The notes under the pieces are model-generated. The model did no database searches and had not been told where the DNA came from. It saw only the letters and a program-made list of their open reading frames with translations. A stretch of DNA of 55,361 nt from assembly GCA_964423885.1 (NCBI GenBank), contig CAYRGD010000001.1, positions 237,474 to 292,834 on the forward strand. The letters run 5' to 3'. Within the stretch, counting starts at the first letter, position 1; each line of letters starts with the position of its first letter. Shown here one piece after another: positions 37,697 to 46,455 of the stretch. The DNA comes from an uncultured Candidatus Saccharibacteria bacterium (GTDB taxonomy: Bacteria; Patescibacteriota; UBA1384; JACPKC01). Both the position numbers and the translations under genes were made by a program.

Positions 37697-37725
37697 CCAA
37701 AAAGCCCCGTCAGGAGGCTTTTTGG
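37697..37725 (-). terminator. Intrinsic terminator after the small 70-aa gene
   Basis: Stem CCAAAAAGCC / GGCTTTTTGG with a 9-nt loop. On the minus strand the 3' arm runs into GGCTTTTTGGATTTGG (U-rich). Confidence 0.65.
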
Positions 37726-37753
37726 AAGCTAGCGAAATGGCGATTGTGTTCCG

Positions 37754-37966
37754 TTACATGCTGCGCTTGAGCATCGGGAGTCCGGTCCGCGAGTTTTCCA
37801 TCGTTTCATACCCGTCGGGGAGTTCTTCGATCGGCGTACCTTTGGGGTTCTTCGGATCGCGCGAGAAGTAAAAAATCTTCTGCTGCCGCCCGCCCCGGAG
37901 CATCACCTCTTTGCTGAACAGGTAGTAGGTGTCGCCGGTCTTTTTCGATTGCACCGCGTATGGCAT
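37754..37966 (-). CDS. Small conserved-looking basic protein (70 aa), function unknown
   Basis: MPYAVQSKKTGDTYYLFSKEVMLRGGRQQKIFYFSRDPKNPKGTPIEELPDGYETMENSRTGLPMLKRSM. It is preceded by AAGGAGGTGAT 5 nt (about 9 nt from the GGAGG core) before the ATG and a near-consensus promoter, and followed by a terminator. The overlapping frame 37806-37988 is rejected. Confidence 0.65.
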   Translation of the reverse strand: MPYAVQSKKTGDTYYLFSKEVMLRGGRQQKIFYFSRDPKNPKGTPIEELPDGYETMENSRTGLPMLKRSM

Positions 37967-37999
37967 TGTGCATCACCTCCTTCCCCAATACCGCGATTC

Positions 38000-38027
38000 A
38001 CTATATCTGTTGGCCTCCTGGTGTCAA
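38000..38027 (-). promoter_or_regulatory. Near-consensus promoter for the 70-aa gene
   Basis: On the minus strand, TTGACA (38027-38022), 16 nt, TATAGT (38005-38000). Confidence 0.55.
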
Positions 38028-38100
38028 TTTTACGCATTGGACCCTGTATTCCAGGAGTGGCTCCTGGAAAATTGGCAACTCCAGGGAGCGTTTTCCACAC

Positions 38101-38514
38101 TTACGGAAGCGAGGTAACGATCACGGTCAGCACCGTCTGTCCGTCCGCCTCATACGCAACCGCCTGTAACGCGCCGTTGCCGTCCGAGGCTTGGAACTCG
38201 ACCGTACCTTCGCCGTCTTGCAACGCCTCTGCTGTCCAGCCGGACCGGCCGCAGGCGTCACGGTACTGCGCCGCTACCGCCTGGACCGTGTCGGAGCTCG
38301 ACCACGTAAAGACCGACGGCAGCGGCTCGTCGGGCCCGGTGCCGTAGACCAGCGCGGCGTCAGCCGGCTGTGGCAGGAACGAAGGAACCGACGCATCGGT
38401 GGTACGTGCGGCTTCGGACCGATTCTGGGCGATACGGATACCGACAGCGCCGACTACGAGCGCGAAGACGCCGAGCCAAAGCAAACGGGCACGAGTTGTC
38501 CCTCGCAACATCAT
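38101..38514 (-). CDS. Hypothetical membrane-anchored/secreted protein
   Basis: 137-aa ORF with an N-terminal TM (LLWLGVFALVVGAVGI). Hairpin CCAGGAG-TGG-CTCCTGG (38051-38067) lies downstream. No family recognised. Confidence 0.5.
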   Translation of the reverse strand: MMLRGTTRARLLWLGVFALVVGAVGIRIAQNRSEAARTTDASVPSFLPQPADAALVYGTGPDEPLPSVFTWSSSDTVQAVAAQYRDACGRSGWTAEALQDGEGTVEFQASDGNGALQAVAYEADGQTVLTVIVTSLP

Positions 38515-38532
38515 ACCGGCAGTATACCAGCC

Positions 38533-40543
38533 TTAGGCGGACGCCGTGAACTGGCTATTATAGAGTTCCGCGTAAAACCCGTTGGCTGCCATAAGTTCCG
38601 CATGGGTACCGTGCTCGACGATGTTGCCGTCACGCATGACCAGAATGAGGTCGGCGTTCCGGATCGTCGACAGGCGGTGCGCGATCACGAAGCTGGTTTT
38701 CCCCTCCATCAGGCGGTCCATCGCCCGCTGGATACGGACCTCGGTCCGGGTATCCACCGAACTCGTCGCTTCATCAAGGATAAGCATCGGCGGATTGGCG
38801 AGCATGGCGCGAGCAATCGTGAGTAGCTGCTTTTCACCCTGGGACAGGTTCGCTGCCTCCTCATTGAGCACCATCCCGTACCCGTTCGGCAGTGCATGGA
38901 TGAAGTGCTCCGCGTGGGCGGCGGCCGCGGCGGACTCGATCGAGCGCTTGGTCGCGTCCGGCCGGCCGTAGGCGATGTTGTCCCTGATCGTCCCATTAAA
39001 GAGCCACGTATCCTGCAGCACCATCCCGAACAGGCGGCGCAGGTCGGCCCGCTTCATCTCGCGGATATCGACGCCGTCGATCCTGATCGCGCCACTGCCA
39101 ACGTCGTAGAACCGCATAAGCAGGTTGACCATCGTCGTCTTGCCCGCTCCGGTCGGCCCGACGATCGCGACCCGCTGGCCCGGCTCGATCGAGGCAGTGA
39201 ATCCTTTGATCACGGTCTTGTCCGGTTCGTAGCCGAAGACGACGCTGTCGAACTCGACCCGGCCAGCCACCTGCTTGAGCGCTACCGGCGAAACAGGATC
39301 AGGCAGCTCTTCCGGCTCAGCCAGGAACTCGAAGACGCGTTCGGCAGCGGCAGCGGTGGACTGGAGCACGTTCGCGATGTTCGCAGTCTGGATGATCGGC
39401 TGGTTGAACGAGTTCGTGTACTGGATGAACGCCTGGATATCCCCGATCTGGAGCCGTCCGTTCGCCGCCAGGTACCCGCCAAGCACCGAGACGCCGACGT
39501 ATCCCAGGTTCCCAAGGAAACTCATGATCGGGAACATGAGCCCGGACAAGAACTGGGCTTTCCAGGCGCTGTCGAACAAGGTGGCATTGATCGTGGAACT
39601 GTTCGACGGAACGGGCAGCGCCGCCGAAGACGCGCATCACCACGTGACCGCTGTACATCTCTTCGATGTGGCCGTTCAGCGTCCCGAGCACCGCCTGCTG
39701 CGACTTGAAGTAGCCCTGCGACCGGCCGATGATCAGGCCGACGACAAGGAAACTCAACGGTACGATGAGGAGCGCTACCAGCGTCATCTGCCAACTGATC
39801 GACAGCATCATAATGAGAATACCGACGATGGTCGTCACAGCGCTCACCATCTGTGTCAGGCTTTGGTTCAACGTCTGACTGACCGTGTCGACGTCGTTCG
39901 TGATCCGGCTCAAGACCTCGCCGTACGTCCGGGTGTCGAAATATCGGAACGGCAGGCGGTTGATCTTGTCGGCGATATCCTTGCGGAACCGGTACGTCAC
40001 CGCCTGCGACACGCCGGACATGATCCAGTTCTGGGCATAGTTGAACAGTGCGCTCACGACGTAGAGCGCGAGCAGGAGCGACACCATCCGTCCGATAGCG
40101 CCGAAGTCGATCGTCGGGCGATGTGACAGGTCAAGCTCCGCGATCGCGGTACGGGCGAGCGTCGGGATCTTGTCGGATACGGCAGCGGGAAGCCGGTCGA
40201 GGAGCTGGCCGCCGGTCATGCCTGCCGGGATCATGGCGCCGCTTGGCAACGACGCCACCAGCTGGTCGTATGTCTTCATGCTGACGTAATCGCTGACGAC
40301 GCGGTTCGTAATCCGGCCGAGCAGCCGCGGACCGACGATCGCGAAGACGTTACTCAGGATAGCAAGGAGAAAAACGCCGATGATCGCCGCCCGAAACGGC
40401 TTCAGGTACCCGGCCAACGACTTGAGCGTGCCGCCGAAGTTCTTCGGCTTCTCGACAAGGCCGAACGCGCCGCGGCCCGGGCCGCCCATGGGGCCATGAC
40501 CTGTGGTTTGCTGGGGCCGTTCCGTACGCCGTTCGCCGCTCAT
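38533..40543 (-). pseudogene. ABC exporter (fused TMD-NBD, MdlB/type I exporter-like) interrupted by a frameshift near 39580-39605
   Basis: The TMD half is in ORF 39317-40543, readable up to ...VFGGAARSVEQF. The continuation STINATLFDSAWKAQF... plus the NBD (GPTGAGKTT, LSQGEKQLLTIARAM, MLILDEATSSVD) is in the +1-shifted ORF 38533-39579. The two frames overlap, consistent with a 1-nt indel. Confidence 0.75.
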
Positions 40544-42321
40544 GCGGTTCCTTCCGCGACATCAAGCTGGCCAGCGTCGTCAGCGCCCAAATGCAGGCGC
40601 AGCTCGTCTTCGGACAGCTGGGACTCCGCGATCTGCCGGTAGACGCCGCACGTCCGCAACAAATCGCGGTGCGTGCCGATCCCGGCCACCTTGCCCTCGT
40701 CGAGCACGACGATCGTGTCGGCGTTCATGATCGTAGCGATCCGCTGGCCGACGATGAGCACCGTCTTGTCCTTGACGTCGGCTTCGAGCGCCTTGCGCAG
40801 GCTGGCATCGGTCCGGAAATCGAGCGCGGAAAAGCTGTCGTCGAAAATAAAGATCGATGCGTCCCGGGCCAGTGCGCGGGCGATCGACAACCGCTGCTTC
40901 TGTCCGCCCGAAACGTTGGAGCCGCCTTGGGCGATCGGCGCATCGTAGGTCCCGTCAAGCTTGGCAATGAATTCCTTGGCCTGGGCCGTACCGGCGGCGG
41001 CGCGGATCGAGGCGGGAGACGCATCAGGCGCACCGTAGGCGATATTGCTCGTCACAGTACCGGAAAACAACGTCGCCTTCTGGGGCACGTACCCGATCTT
41101 GGCGTACAGGTCTTCGAGCGCCATCTCGCGGACGTCGAACCCATCGATCAGTACTTGGCCGTCGGTCACGTCGTACAATCGCGGGATTAAATTCACGACC
41201 GTGGATTTTCCGCTGCCGGTACTGCCGATGAAGGCTGTGGTTTTACCCGGCTCGGCAATGAACGACACGTCTTTGAGTACCGGCTCGTCCGCGCCGGGAT
41301 ACTGGAACGTCACATGCTTGAATTCGACCACGCCAGGCCCCTTCCCAGGCACCACGGTCTGCTTCGGGTCCTGGATCGCCGGCTCGGTATCGAGCACCTC
41401 GGCGATCCGCTTGCCGGATACCGACGCGCGGGGCACCATAATGAACACGATCGAGAACATCAGGAACGCCATGATCGTCTGGATCGCATACTGCATGAAC
41501 GCCAGCATATCGCCGATCTGCAAGCTACCGGCATCGATAAGGTGTGCGCCCACCCAGACGATGGCGACCGAGGTCAGGTTGAAGAGCAGTAGGATCACCG
41601 GCTGCATGAGCGACATCAAACGGTTCACGAACGTGTTGGTTGCGGTCAACTCCTTATTGACCTCGTCGAACTTCCGTTCCTCGTACGCCTCGTTATTGAA
41701 CGCGCGGACAACCCGGAGGCCGGTGAGGTTTTCGCGGGCCACCAAGTTCAATTTGTCGACGAGCGTCTGGATGAACGTGAATTTCGGCAAGGCTACGGCG
41801 AACAGGTACGCGATGAGCGCCACCATGCCGCCCACGGCCAGCGCCATGATCCAACTCATCGACGGTGCCGTGTGGTAGGCCTTGATCACCGCGCCGACGC
41901 CGGTGATCGGTGCCGCCACGACCATCCGGAGCACCATCCCGAGCACGGTCTGGACCTGCTGGACGTCGTTGGTGGTGCGCGTGATCAGCGAAGCGGTCGA
42001 GAACGTATTGAACTCGGTGAGCGAGAACTGCTCGACCCGCCGGAACACCTCGTTGCGCAGATCTTTCGCGAATCCGGATGACACCATGGAGGCGAAGTAG
42101 CCGACCACGATCGTGGCCATCCCGCCGATAAGCGATACGAGCAACATGGTAAGACCGTTGTGCACGATGAGGCCGGTATTCTGCGCCACGACGCCGTCGT
42201 TAATGATCTTGGCCGTGTAGTCGGGCAGTTGCAGGTTCACCGCTACCTGGATGACCACGAAGAGCAGCAGCCCAAGCAACTGCCACGTGTACGGCGCCAA
42301 GAATCGCAGGAGTTTCGTCAT
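40540..42321 (-). CDS. ABC exporter, fused permease/ATP-binding protein (partner of the downstream gene)
   Basis: 593 aa with six-TM-type N-terminal half and an NBD with GSTGSGKST, VSGGQKQRLSIARAL and IFIFDDSFSALD. Its stop overlaps the next gene's start (ATGA). Confidence 0.9.
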   Translation of the reverse strand: MTKLLRFLAPYTWQLLGLLLFVVIQVAVNLQLPDYTAKIINDGVVAQNTGLIVHNGLTMLLVSLIGGMATIVVGYFASMVSSGFAKDLRNEVFRRVEQFSLTEFNTFSTASLITRTTNDVQQVQTVLGMVLRMVVAAPITGVGAVIKAYHTAPSMSWIMALAVGGMVALIAYLFAVALPKFTFIQTLVDKLNLVARENLTGLRVVRAFNNEAYEERKFDEVNKELTATNTFVNRLMSLMQPVILLLFNLTSVAIVWVGAHLIDAGSLQIGDMLAFMQYAIQTIMAFLMFSIVFIMVPRASVSGKRIAEVLDTEPAIQDPKQTVVPGKGPGVVEFKHVTFQYPGADEPVLKDVSFIAEPGKTTAFIGSTGSGKSTVVNLIPRLYDVTDGQVLIDGFDVREMALEDLYAKIGYVPQKATLFSGTVTSNIAYGAPDASPASIRAAAGTAQAKEFIAKLDGTYDAPIAQGGSNVSGGQKQRLSIARALARDASIFIFDDSFSALDFRTDASLRKALEADVKDKTVLIVGQRIATIMNADTIVVLDEGKVAGIGTHRDLLRTCGVYRQIAESQLSEDELRLHLGADDAGQLDVAEGTA

Positions 42322-42785
42322 GCCTTGGCCTTTCCCGGCTTGCAGTACAGTTCTTGGATCCGACCGACGATCTTGCGTTCGATCGCGTGGAGCTGCTGCA
42401 GCTCGTCGTCACTCAGCACCTCGAGGAGCGTTTTGAGCTGTTTGACCCGTTCGAGTTTCGCTGCCGACAGCTGCTGCTTGCCTTCGTCGGTCAAAATAAC
42501 GTTCACCTTGCGACGGTCGTCGGTATCCGCCTGGCGTGCTACCAAGCCGACCGCTTCGAGTTCGTCGATAGTCTGGGTAGCGGCGCTCGAGGTCATGACA
42601 AACCGGTCCGCCAGTTCTTTGAGGCTCTGCGCACCATGATGGGCCAGCACGAAGAGAACACCGAGCTGAGTGCGCGATTGGATAAGACCGGTCCGTTCGC
42701 GGTCGGCTCGGTGCATGGCGAAACGGCCGACCGTACTCAGGTCTTTCAGCAGCGAGGCGATAATGGCGGAGCGGGCGGGTGTCAT
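42318..42785 (-). CDS. MarR family transcriptional regulator
   Basis: 155 aa with a winged-helix block LGVLFVLAHHGAQSLKELADRFVMTSSAATQTIDELEAVGLVARQADTDDRRKV. It overlaps the start of the ABC exporter operon. Confidence 0.88.
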   Translation of the reverse strand: MTPARSAIIASLLKDLSTVGRFAMHRADRERTGLIQSRTQLGVLFVLAHHGAQSLKELADRFVMTSSAATQTIDELEAVGLVARQADTDDRRKVNVILTDEGKQQLSAAKLERVKQLKTLLEVLSDDELQQLHAIERKIVGRIQELYCKPGKAKA

Positions 42786-42910
42786 AGATATTTCGTAAGG
42801 TGCTTAGTATTTCAAACGCTTACGGAGTTGTCAACGTCTTGCAGCTCTCAGCCCCGCTTCAGGAATGCCCGGTAGGATCCGAGACGTCACCCATTGAACG
42901 AAAGGACGGT

Positions 42911-44272
42911 ATGGGCGTAGTCGTACGCGGTGCGAAAAACGCGTTCCGCAATCCAATCAGGACACTGGCCGTCGTAGTTATCTTGGGTTTGAGCATCGGG
43001 CTGTCGCTCGTGATGTTGCTCGCCGAGCGGGCCGTCACGGACAGAATCGCGGCCGTGCAGGCGTCGATCGGCAACATCGTCACGATTACGCCGGCCGGCT
43101 CGCAAGGCTTCGAGGGCGGCGGCGAGCCTCTGACCGGTACGCAACTTGCCGCCGTCGGCGCGCTGCCGCACGTCGTCAGCGTCCATGAAACGCTGCTCGA
43201 CCGGCTGACCGCGGGCACCGATACCTCGCTCGCCTCGTCGATCGACCCCGGTACGCTCGGCAACCGCCGTGCCGACCGCGGGTTCGGCGGGCCGACGGGC
43301 GGCGTGGGCATCCAGCGCGGCGGCGAGCAAGGCGGAGGAACGTTCACGATTCCGATCCAAGTGACGGGCGTCAGCGATCCTGCGACGCAGGTATCCGACA
43401 CCGCGACGATCGTGGCCGGCTCCCTGTTCGCACCGGACTCGTCGGACAACGTCGCGGTCGTGGGCCAGGCGTTGGCCGAGAAAAACAGCCTCGAGATCGG
43501 TTCAACATTCCAAGCCTACGGCAAGGATATTACTGTCACCGCGATCGTTGATCTGGGGAACGAGTTCGCGAACTCAAACCTTCTTATGCCGCTCACCACG
43601 CTCCAGACACTGTCCGACCAAGCCGACCAAGTGAGCGCCGCCACCGTCCAGGTCGACTCGATCACAAACTTGGACAGCACGGTCGAGGCGATCAAAACAC
43701 AGCTCGGCAGCGGCGCGGCCGACGTCGTAAGCAATCAGGACACCTCGAAACAAGCGCTCGAACCGCTCGAAAACATCCGGTCGGTCTCGACGACCAGCCT
43801 CATTGGGGCGCTCGTGGCCGGCGCAGTGATCACGCTGCTCGTGATGGTGATGATCGTCCGTGAACGCCGGAAGGAGATCGGCACCCTGAAAGCGATCGGT
43901 GCGAGCGACGGAGCGGTGATGGCCCAGTTCGTGACGGAATCACTTGTCCTGTCTCTACTCGGCAGTGTGGTCGGCATGGTTGCCGGCGTCGCTGCCGCGA
44001 ACCCGATCCTGCGTGCCCTCGTGTCCAACTCCGCCTCGAGTCCGCAACCGATGATGCGCATGGGCGGCGGGTTTGCAACCGGATTCCGTGGCGCCGTAGG
44101 CGGTCAGCTCGAGGCGATCGGCGCGACGGTGCGCGACATCCATGCGGTGATCCCTCCCATTTTGCTGCTCTACGGCCTGGGCGCCGCCGTACTGATCGCC
44201 CTCATCGGCAGCGCGTTCCCAGCCTGGCTTATCGCCCGCGTCCGCCCTGCCGAAGTCATGAGAGGAGAATAA
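42911..44272 (+). CDS. ABC transporter permease, FtsX/MacB-like
   Basis: 453 aa from ATG 42911, with an AAGGA SD upstream. It has an N-terminal TM, a large extracytoplasmic domain and a C-terminal FtsX-type three-TM bundle (RRKEIGTLKAIGASDGAVMAQF). Confidence 0.85.
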   Translation: MGVVVRGAKNAFRNPIRTLAVVVILGLSIGLSLVMLLAERAVTDRIAAVQASIGNIVTITPAGSQGFEGGGEPLTGTQLAAVGALPHVVSVHETLLDRLTAGTDTSLASSIDPGTLGNRRADRGFGGPTGGVGIQRGGEQGGGTFTIPIQVTGVSDPATQVSDTATIVAGSLFAPDSSDNVAVVGQALAEKNSLEIGSTFQAYGKDITVTAIVDLGNEFANSNLLMPLTTLQTLSDQADQVSAATVQVDSITNLDSTVEAIKTQLGSGAADVVSNQDTSKQALEPLENIRSVSTTSLIGALVAGAVITLLVMVMIVRERRKEIGTLKAIGASDGAVMAQFVTESLVLSLLGSVVGMVAGVAAANPILRALVSNSASSPQPMMRMGGGFATGFRGAVGGQLEAIGATVRDIHAVIPPILLLYGLGAAVLIALIGSAFPAWLIARVRPAEVMRGE

Positions 44273-44273
44273 G

Positions 44274-44984
44274 ATGCTTACCGTTACTAACCTGACGAAA
44301 ACCTTCGGTTCGGCCAGTGGCGACGTGTCCGCGGTGCGCGACGTGAGTTTCGCCGTTCCCGACGGCACCTTCGCTGCGATCGTGGGCAAGAGCGGCAGCG
44401 GCAAAACCACCTTGCTGTCGCTGCTCGGCGGCCTCGATACACCGTCAGGCGGCAGTATCGCCGTCGACGACCAACGTATCGACACGCTGTCGTCAGGCAA
44501 GCTCGTACGGTACCGCCGCAGCGCCGTCGGCTTCATTTTCCAACACTACAACTTGGTGCCAAACCTGACGGCGCTCGAAAACGTAATGCTGCCAATGGAA
44601 TTTGCCGGCGTCTCCGGAAGGAATCGGCGATCCCGTGCCGCCGAATTACTGGAACAGGTCGGGTTGGATGCCGGCAAGCAGTCGCGCAGGCCAGGTCGGC
44701 TGTCGGGCGGCGAGCAACAGCGGGTCTCCATCGCACGGGCGCTCGCGAACGAACCCAGGCTTATTCTGGCCGACGAACCGACCGGCAACCTGGATTCGGC
44801 CACTGGCAAACTGATCGACGACCTCTTGAAATCCCTCGCGAAAACCCGCAACACGACCATCATCGTGGTGACGCACGACCTGGCACTCGCCGAGCGCGCC
44901 GATACGACGTTCCATCTGAAGGACGGGCAGCTGGTCGCCAAGGATGGCGAGGCATTGGGCCGGTCGGTCGCGCCGGAGCGGTGA
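44274..44984 (+). CDS. ABC transporter ATP-binding protein (MacB/LolD-type)
   Basis: 236 aa with GKSGSGKTTLL, LSGGEQQRVSIARAL and LILADEPTGNLD. Confidence 0.93.
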   Translation: MLTVTNLTKTFGSASGDVSAVRDVSFAVPDGTFAAIVGKSGSGKTTLLSLLGGLDTPSGGSIAVDDQRIDTLSSGKLVRYRRSAVGFIFQHYNLVPNLTALENVMLPMEFAGVSGRNRRSRAAELLEQVGLDAGKQSRRPGRLSGGEQQRVSIARALANEPRLILADEPTGNLDSATGKLIDDLLKSLAKTRNTTIIVVTHDLALAERADTTFHLKDGQLVAKDGEALGRSVAPER

Positions 44985-44991
44985 CCGACCG

Positions 44992-45345
44992 CTACGCGAC
45001 GTGTTTCCCGCGCAGGAACTCCGCGAGCACTACCGCCTGGTTCATATCCGGGTCCTTGGCGCCGTAGAGCAGTGTCACCTGCGGATGCGCGGCTATGATA
45101 TCGCGGAGCTCGGCAACGGCAGGATTATCGGCCAGCTCCTTGACGTAGCGACGCTTGAACTCGGCGAACCGTTCGGGCTTGTGGCCGAACCAAGTCCGCA
45201 GCGCGTCCGACGGCGCGATGTCTTTCAGCCAAACCGTCAGCGCCGCGTTCTCTTTACTCACACCCCGCGGCCAAAGCCTGTCGACCAGTATCCGCGCGCC
45301 GTCGGACCGGGCCGGTTCGTCGTAGACACGTTTTACCTGCACCAT
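44992..45345 (-). CDS. DUF488 family protein
   Basis: 117 aa from ATG 45345, with an AGGAGA SD upstream. VKRVYDEPARSDGARILVDRLWPRGVSKENA...WLKDIAPSDALRTWFGH matches the DUF488 pattern. Confidence 0.8.
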   Translation of the reverse strand: MVQVKRVYDEPARSDGARILVDRLWPRGVSKENAALTVWLKDIAPSDALRTWFGHKPERFAEFKRRYVKELADNPAVAELRDIIAAHPQVTLLYGAKDPDMNQAVVLAEFLRGKHVA

Positions 45346-45356
45346 GCGCTCTCCTG

Positions 45357-45875
45357 TTACGCCTCGGTCAGTGTGCACTCCGTACGATTGAAGCAGCACG
45401 GGCGGCGCTTGCCGGCACGAAGCTTCGATCGCCCTACCTCGACGCGCCGTTCACGGGTCGCAGGATTCCTGGTCGCGCCGATCCAGCGGATCCAGTCCCA
45501 GCGCGCCATCGGCGTGATATCGTTCCACGTCGCAGCCGCCTTCGGATCCGCCGCGAGCGCGTTCCTGAAATCAGCCGGCACTTTGGGTTCCGGCCACTCC
45601 TTGGTCGATCCGATCACCAACTCAACCGTATCGCCAGCAGCGGTGCCGGTAGCTTTCAGGATCGCATTCCGTACCCGAAACCAGTGGCTTCCCTTGCCGT
45701 CGGGTTCGACTGCCACCTGGAACTCGTACCCTTCGAGCGTCCCCTTGATCATCGTCATGCCCTTGGACGGCAGCTGCTCGCTGGCTGTTTTCGGTAACCG
45801 CAACATCGTGCCCGCACCGATCTTGTCCGACGCATCGGGCGTAAACAGTGCCGCGCGGAATTGGATCGGTACCAT
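45357..45875 (-). CDS. DUF1905 plus YdeI/OmpD-associated family protein
   Basis: The N-terminal DUF1905-like part is FRAALFTP...LPSKGMTMIKGTLEGYEFQVAVEPDGKGSHWF. The C-terminal YdeI-like part is PADFRNALAADPKAAATWNDITPMARWDWIRWI. The start is uncertain (45875 preferred, 45806 possible). Confidence 0.7.
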   Translation of the reverse strand: MVPIQFRAALFTPDASDKIGAGTMLRLPKTASEQLPSKGMTMIKGTLEGYEFQVAVEPDGKGSHWFRVRNAILKATGTAAGDTVELVIGSTKEWPEPKVPADFRNALAADPKAAATWNDITPMARWDWIRWIGATRNPATRERRVEVGRSKLRAGKRRPCCFNRTECTLTEA

Positions 45876-45882
45876 GGGAAGC

Positions 45883-46086
45883 CTACTTATCGCTAAGATA
45901 TTTCCCTGCAACGCTCAACGCGAACGACGGCAAAATAATGAAGACAGTGCCGAAGAACAGCCTGCTCAATAGGGAGTTATCGTCGCTGTCGTCGAAACCA
46001 ACGATGACCCTCAATAACCCAAAAATTCCGAACGCAACTGAGGCGTAGATAAAGACTTTCGTAGCGACGTGCTGCATGTGTTTCAT
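45883..46086 (-). CDS. Small two-TM membrane protein (67 aa), unknown function
   Basis: ORF with two hydrophobic helices (VFIYASVAFGIFGLLRVIV; LFFGTVFIILPSFALSVA). It lies in the GC-depressed patch next to tRNA-Gln. Confidence 0.4.
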   Translation of the reverse strand: MKHMQHVATKVFIYASVAFGIFGLLRVIVGFDDSDDNSLLSRLFFGTVFIILPSFALSVAGKYLSDK

Positions 46087-46098
46087 ACGGCAAACGTC

Positions 46099-46290
46099 TT
46101 AGCTTTTCGCCTTGTACTTTTTAGATGCCAGGCGGTACGCCGACAGTAACGGCACAAATATAGCTGCTGCCACAAGCGCAGTAATGAGCAGGTTCGTTCC
46201 CTCGGGATCATTAGGACTGATAAGCGTCAATAGAAGCTTGGAGGCAACAAAAGATACTAATACAAGGATGAGCAAGTCAGCGTATTTCAT
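46099..46290 (-). CDS. Small two-TM membrane protein (63 aa), unknown function
   Basis: Internal Met of ORF 46099-46422 (MKYADLLILVLVSFVASKLLL...). The upstream part of the track ORF overlaps tRNA-Gln and is rejected. No SD was seen. Confidence 0.35.
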   Translation of the reverse strand: MKYADLLILVLVSFVASKLLLTLISPNDPEGTNLLITALVAAAIFVPLLSAYRLASKKYKAKS

Positions 46291-46319
46291 AGAAATAGAG
46301 TATAGCAAAGGCTCAACAT

Positions 46320-46393
46320 TGGCTCCGGGACTTGGATTCGAACCAAGATTGATGGCTTCAAAGGCCACTGTCCTGCCATTAGACGATCCCGGA
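46320..46393 (-). tRNA. tRNA-Gln (anticodon UUG), CCA encoded
   Basis: The reverse complement TCCGGGATCGTCTAATGGCAGGACAGTGGCCTTTGAAGCCATCAATCTTGGTTCGAATCCAAGTCCCGGAGCCA folds as a cloverleaf. It has the U1:A72 pair typical of bacterial tRNA-Gln, anticodon loop CT-TTG-AA and T-loop TTCGAAT. Confidence 0.9.
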
Positions 46394-46455
46394 ATACGTA
46401 GGCAAGTATACCCGCCCGGCACGGCAAAAAGCGAGGTATAGCTGCAATAGTACTG

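Noticed and set aside
37806-37988. An alternative 60-aa frame overlapping the 70-aa small gene. Its internal ATG lies right after the SD.
   Set aside because: Spacing from GGAGG to that ATG is only 2 nt, and the product is Arg/Pro-rich and unprotein-like. The 37754-37966 frame has better spacing and a plausible sequence.
46291-46422. The upstream part of ORF 46099-46422, and ORF 46112-46441 on the other strand.
   Set aside because: They overlap the well-formed tRNA-Gln gene (46320-46393).
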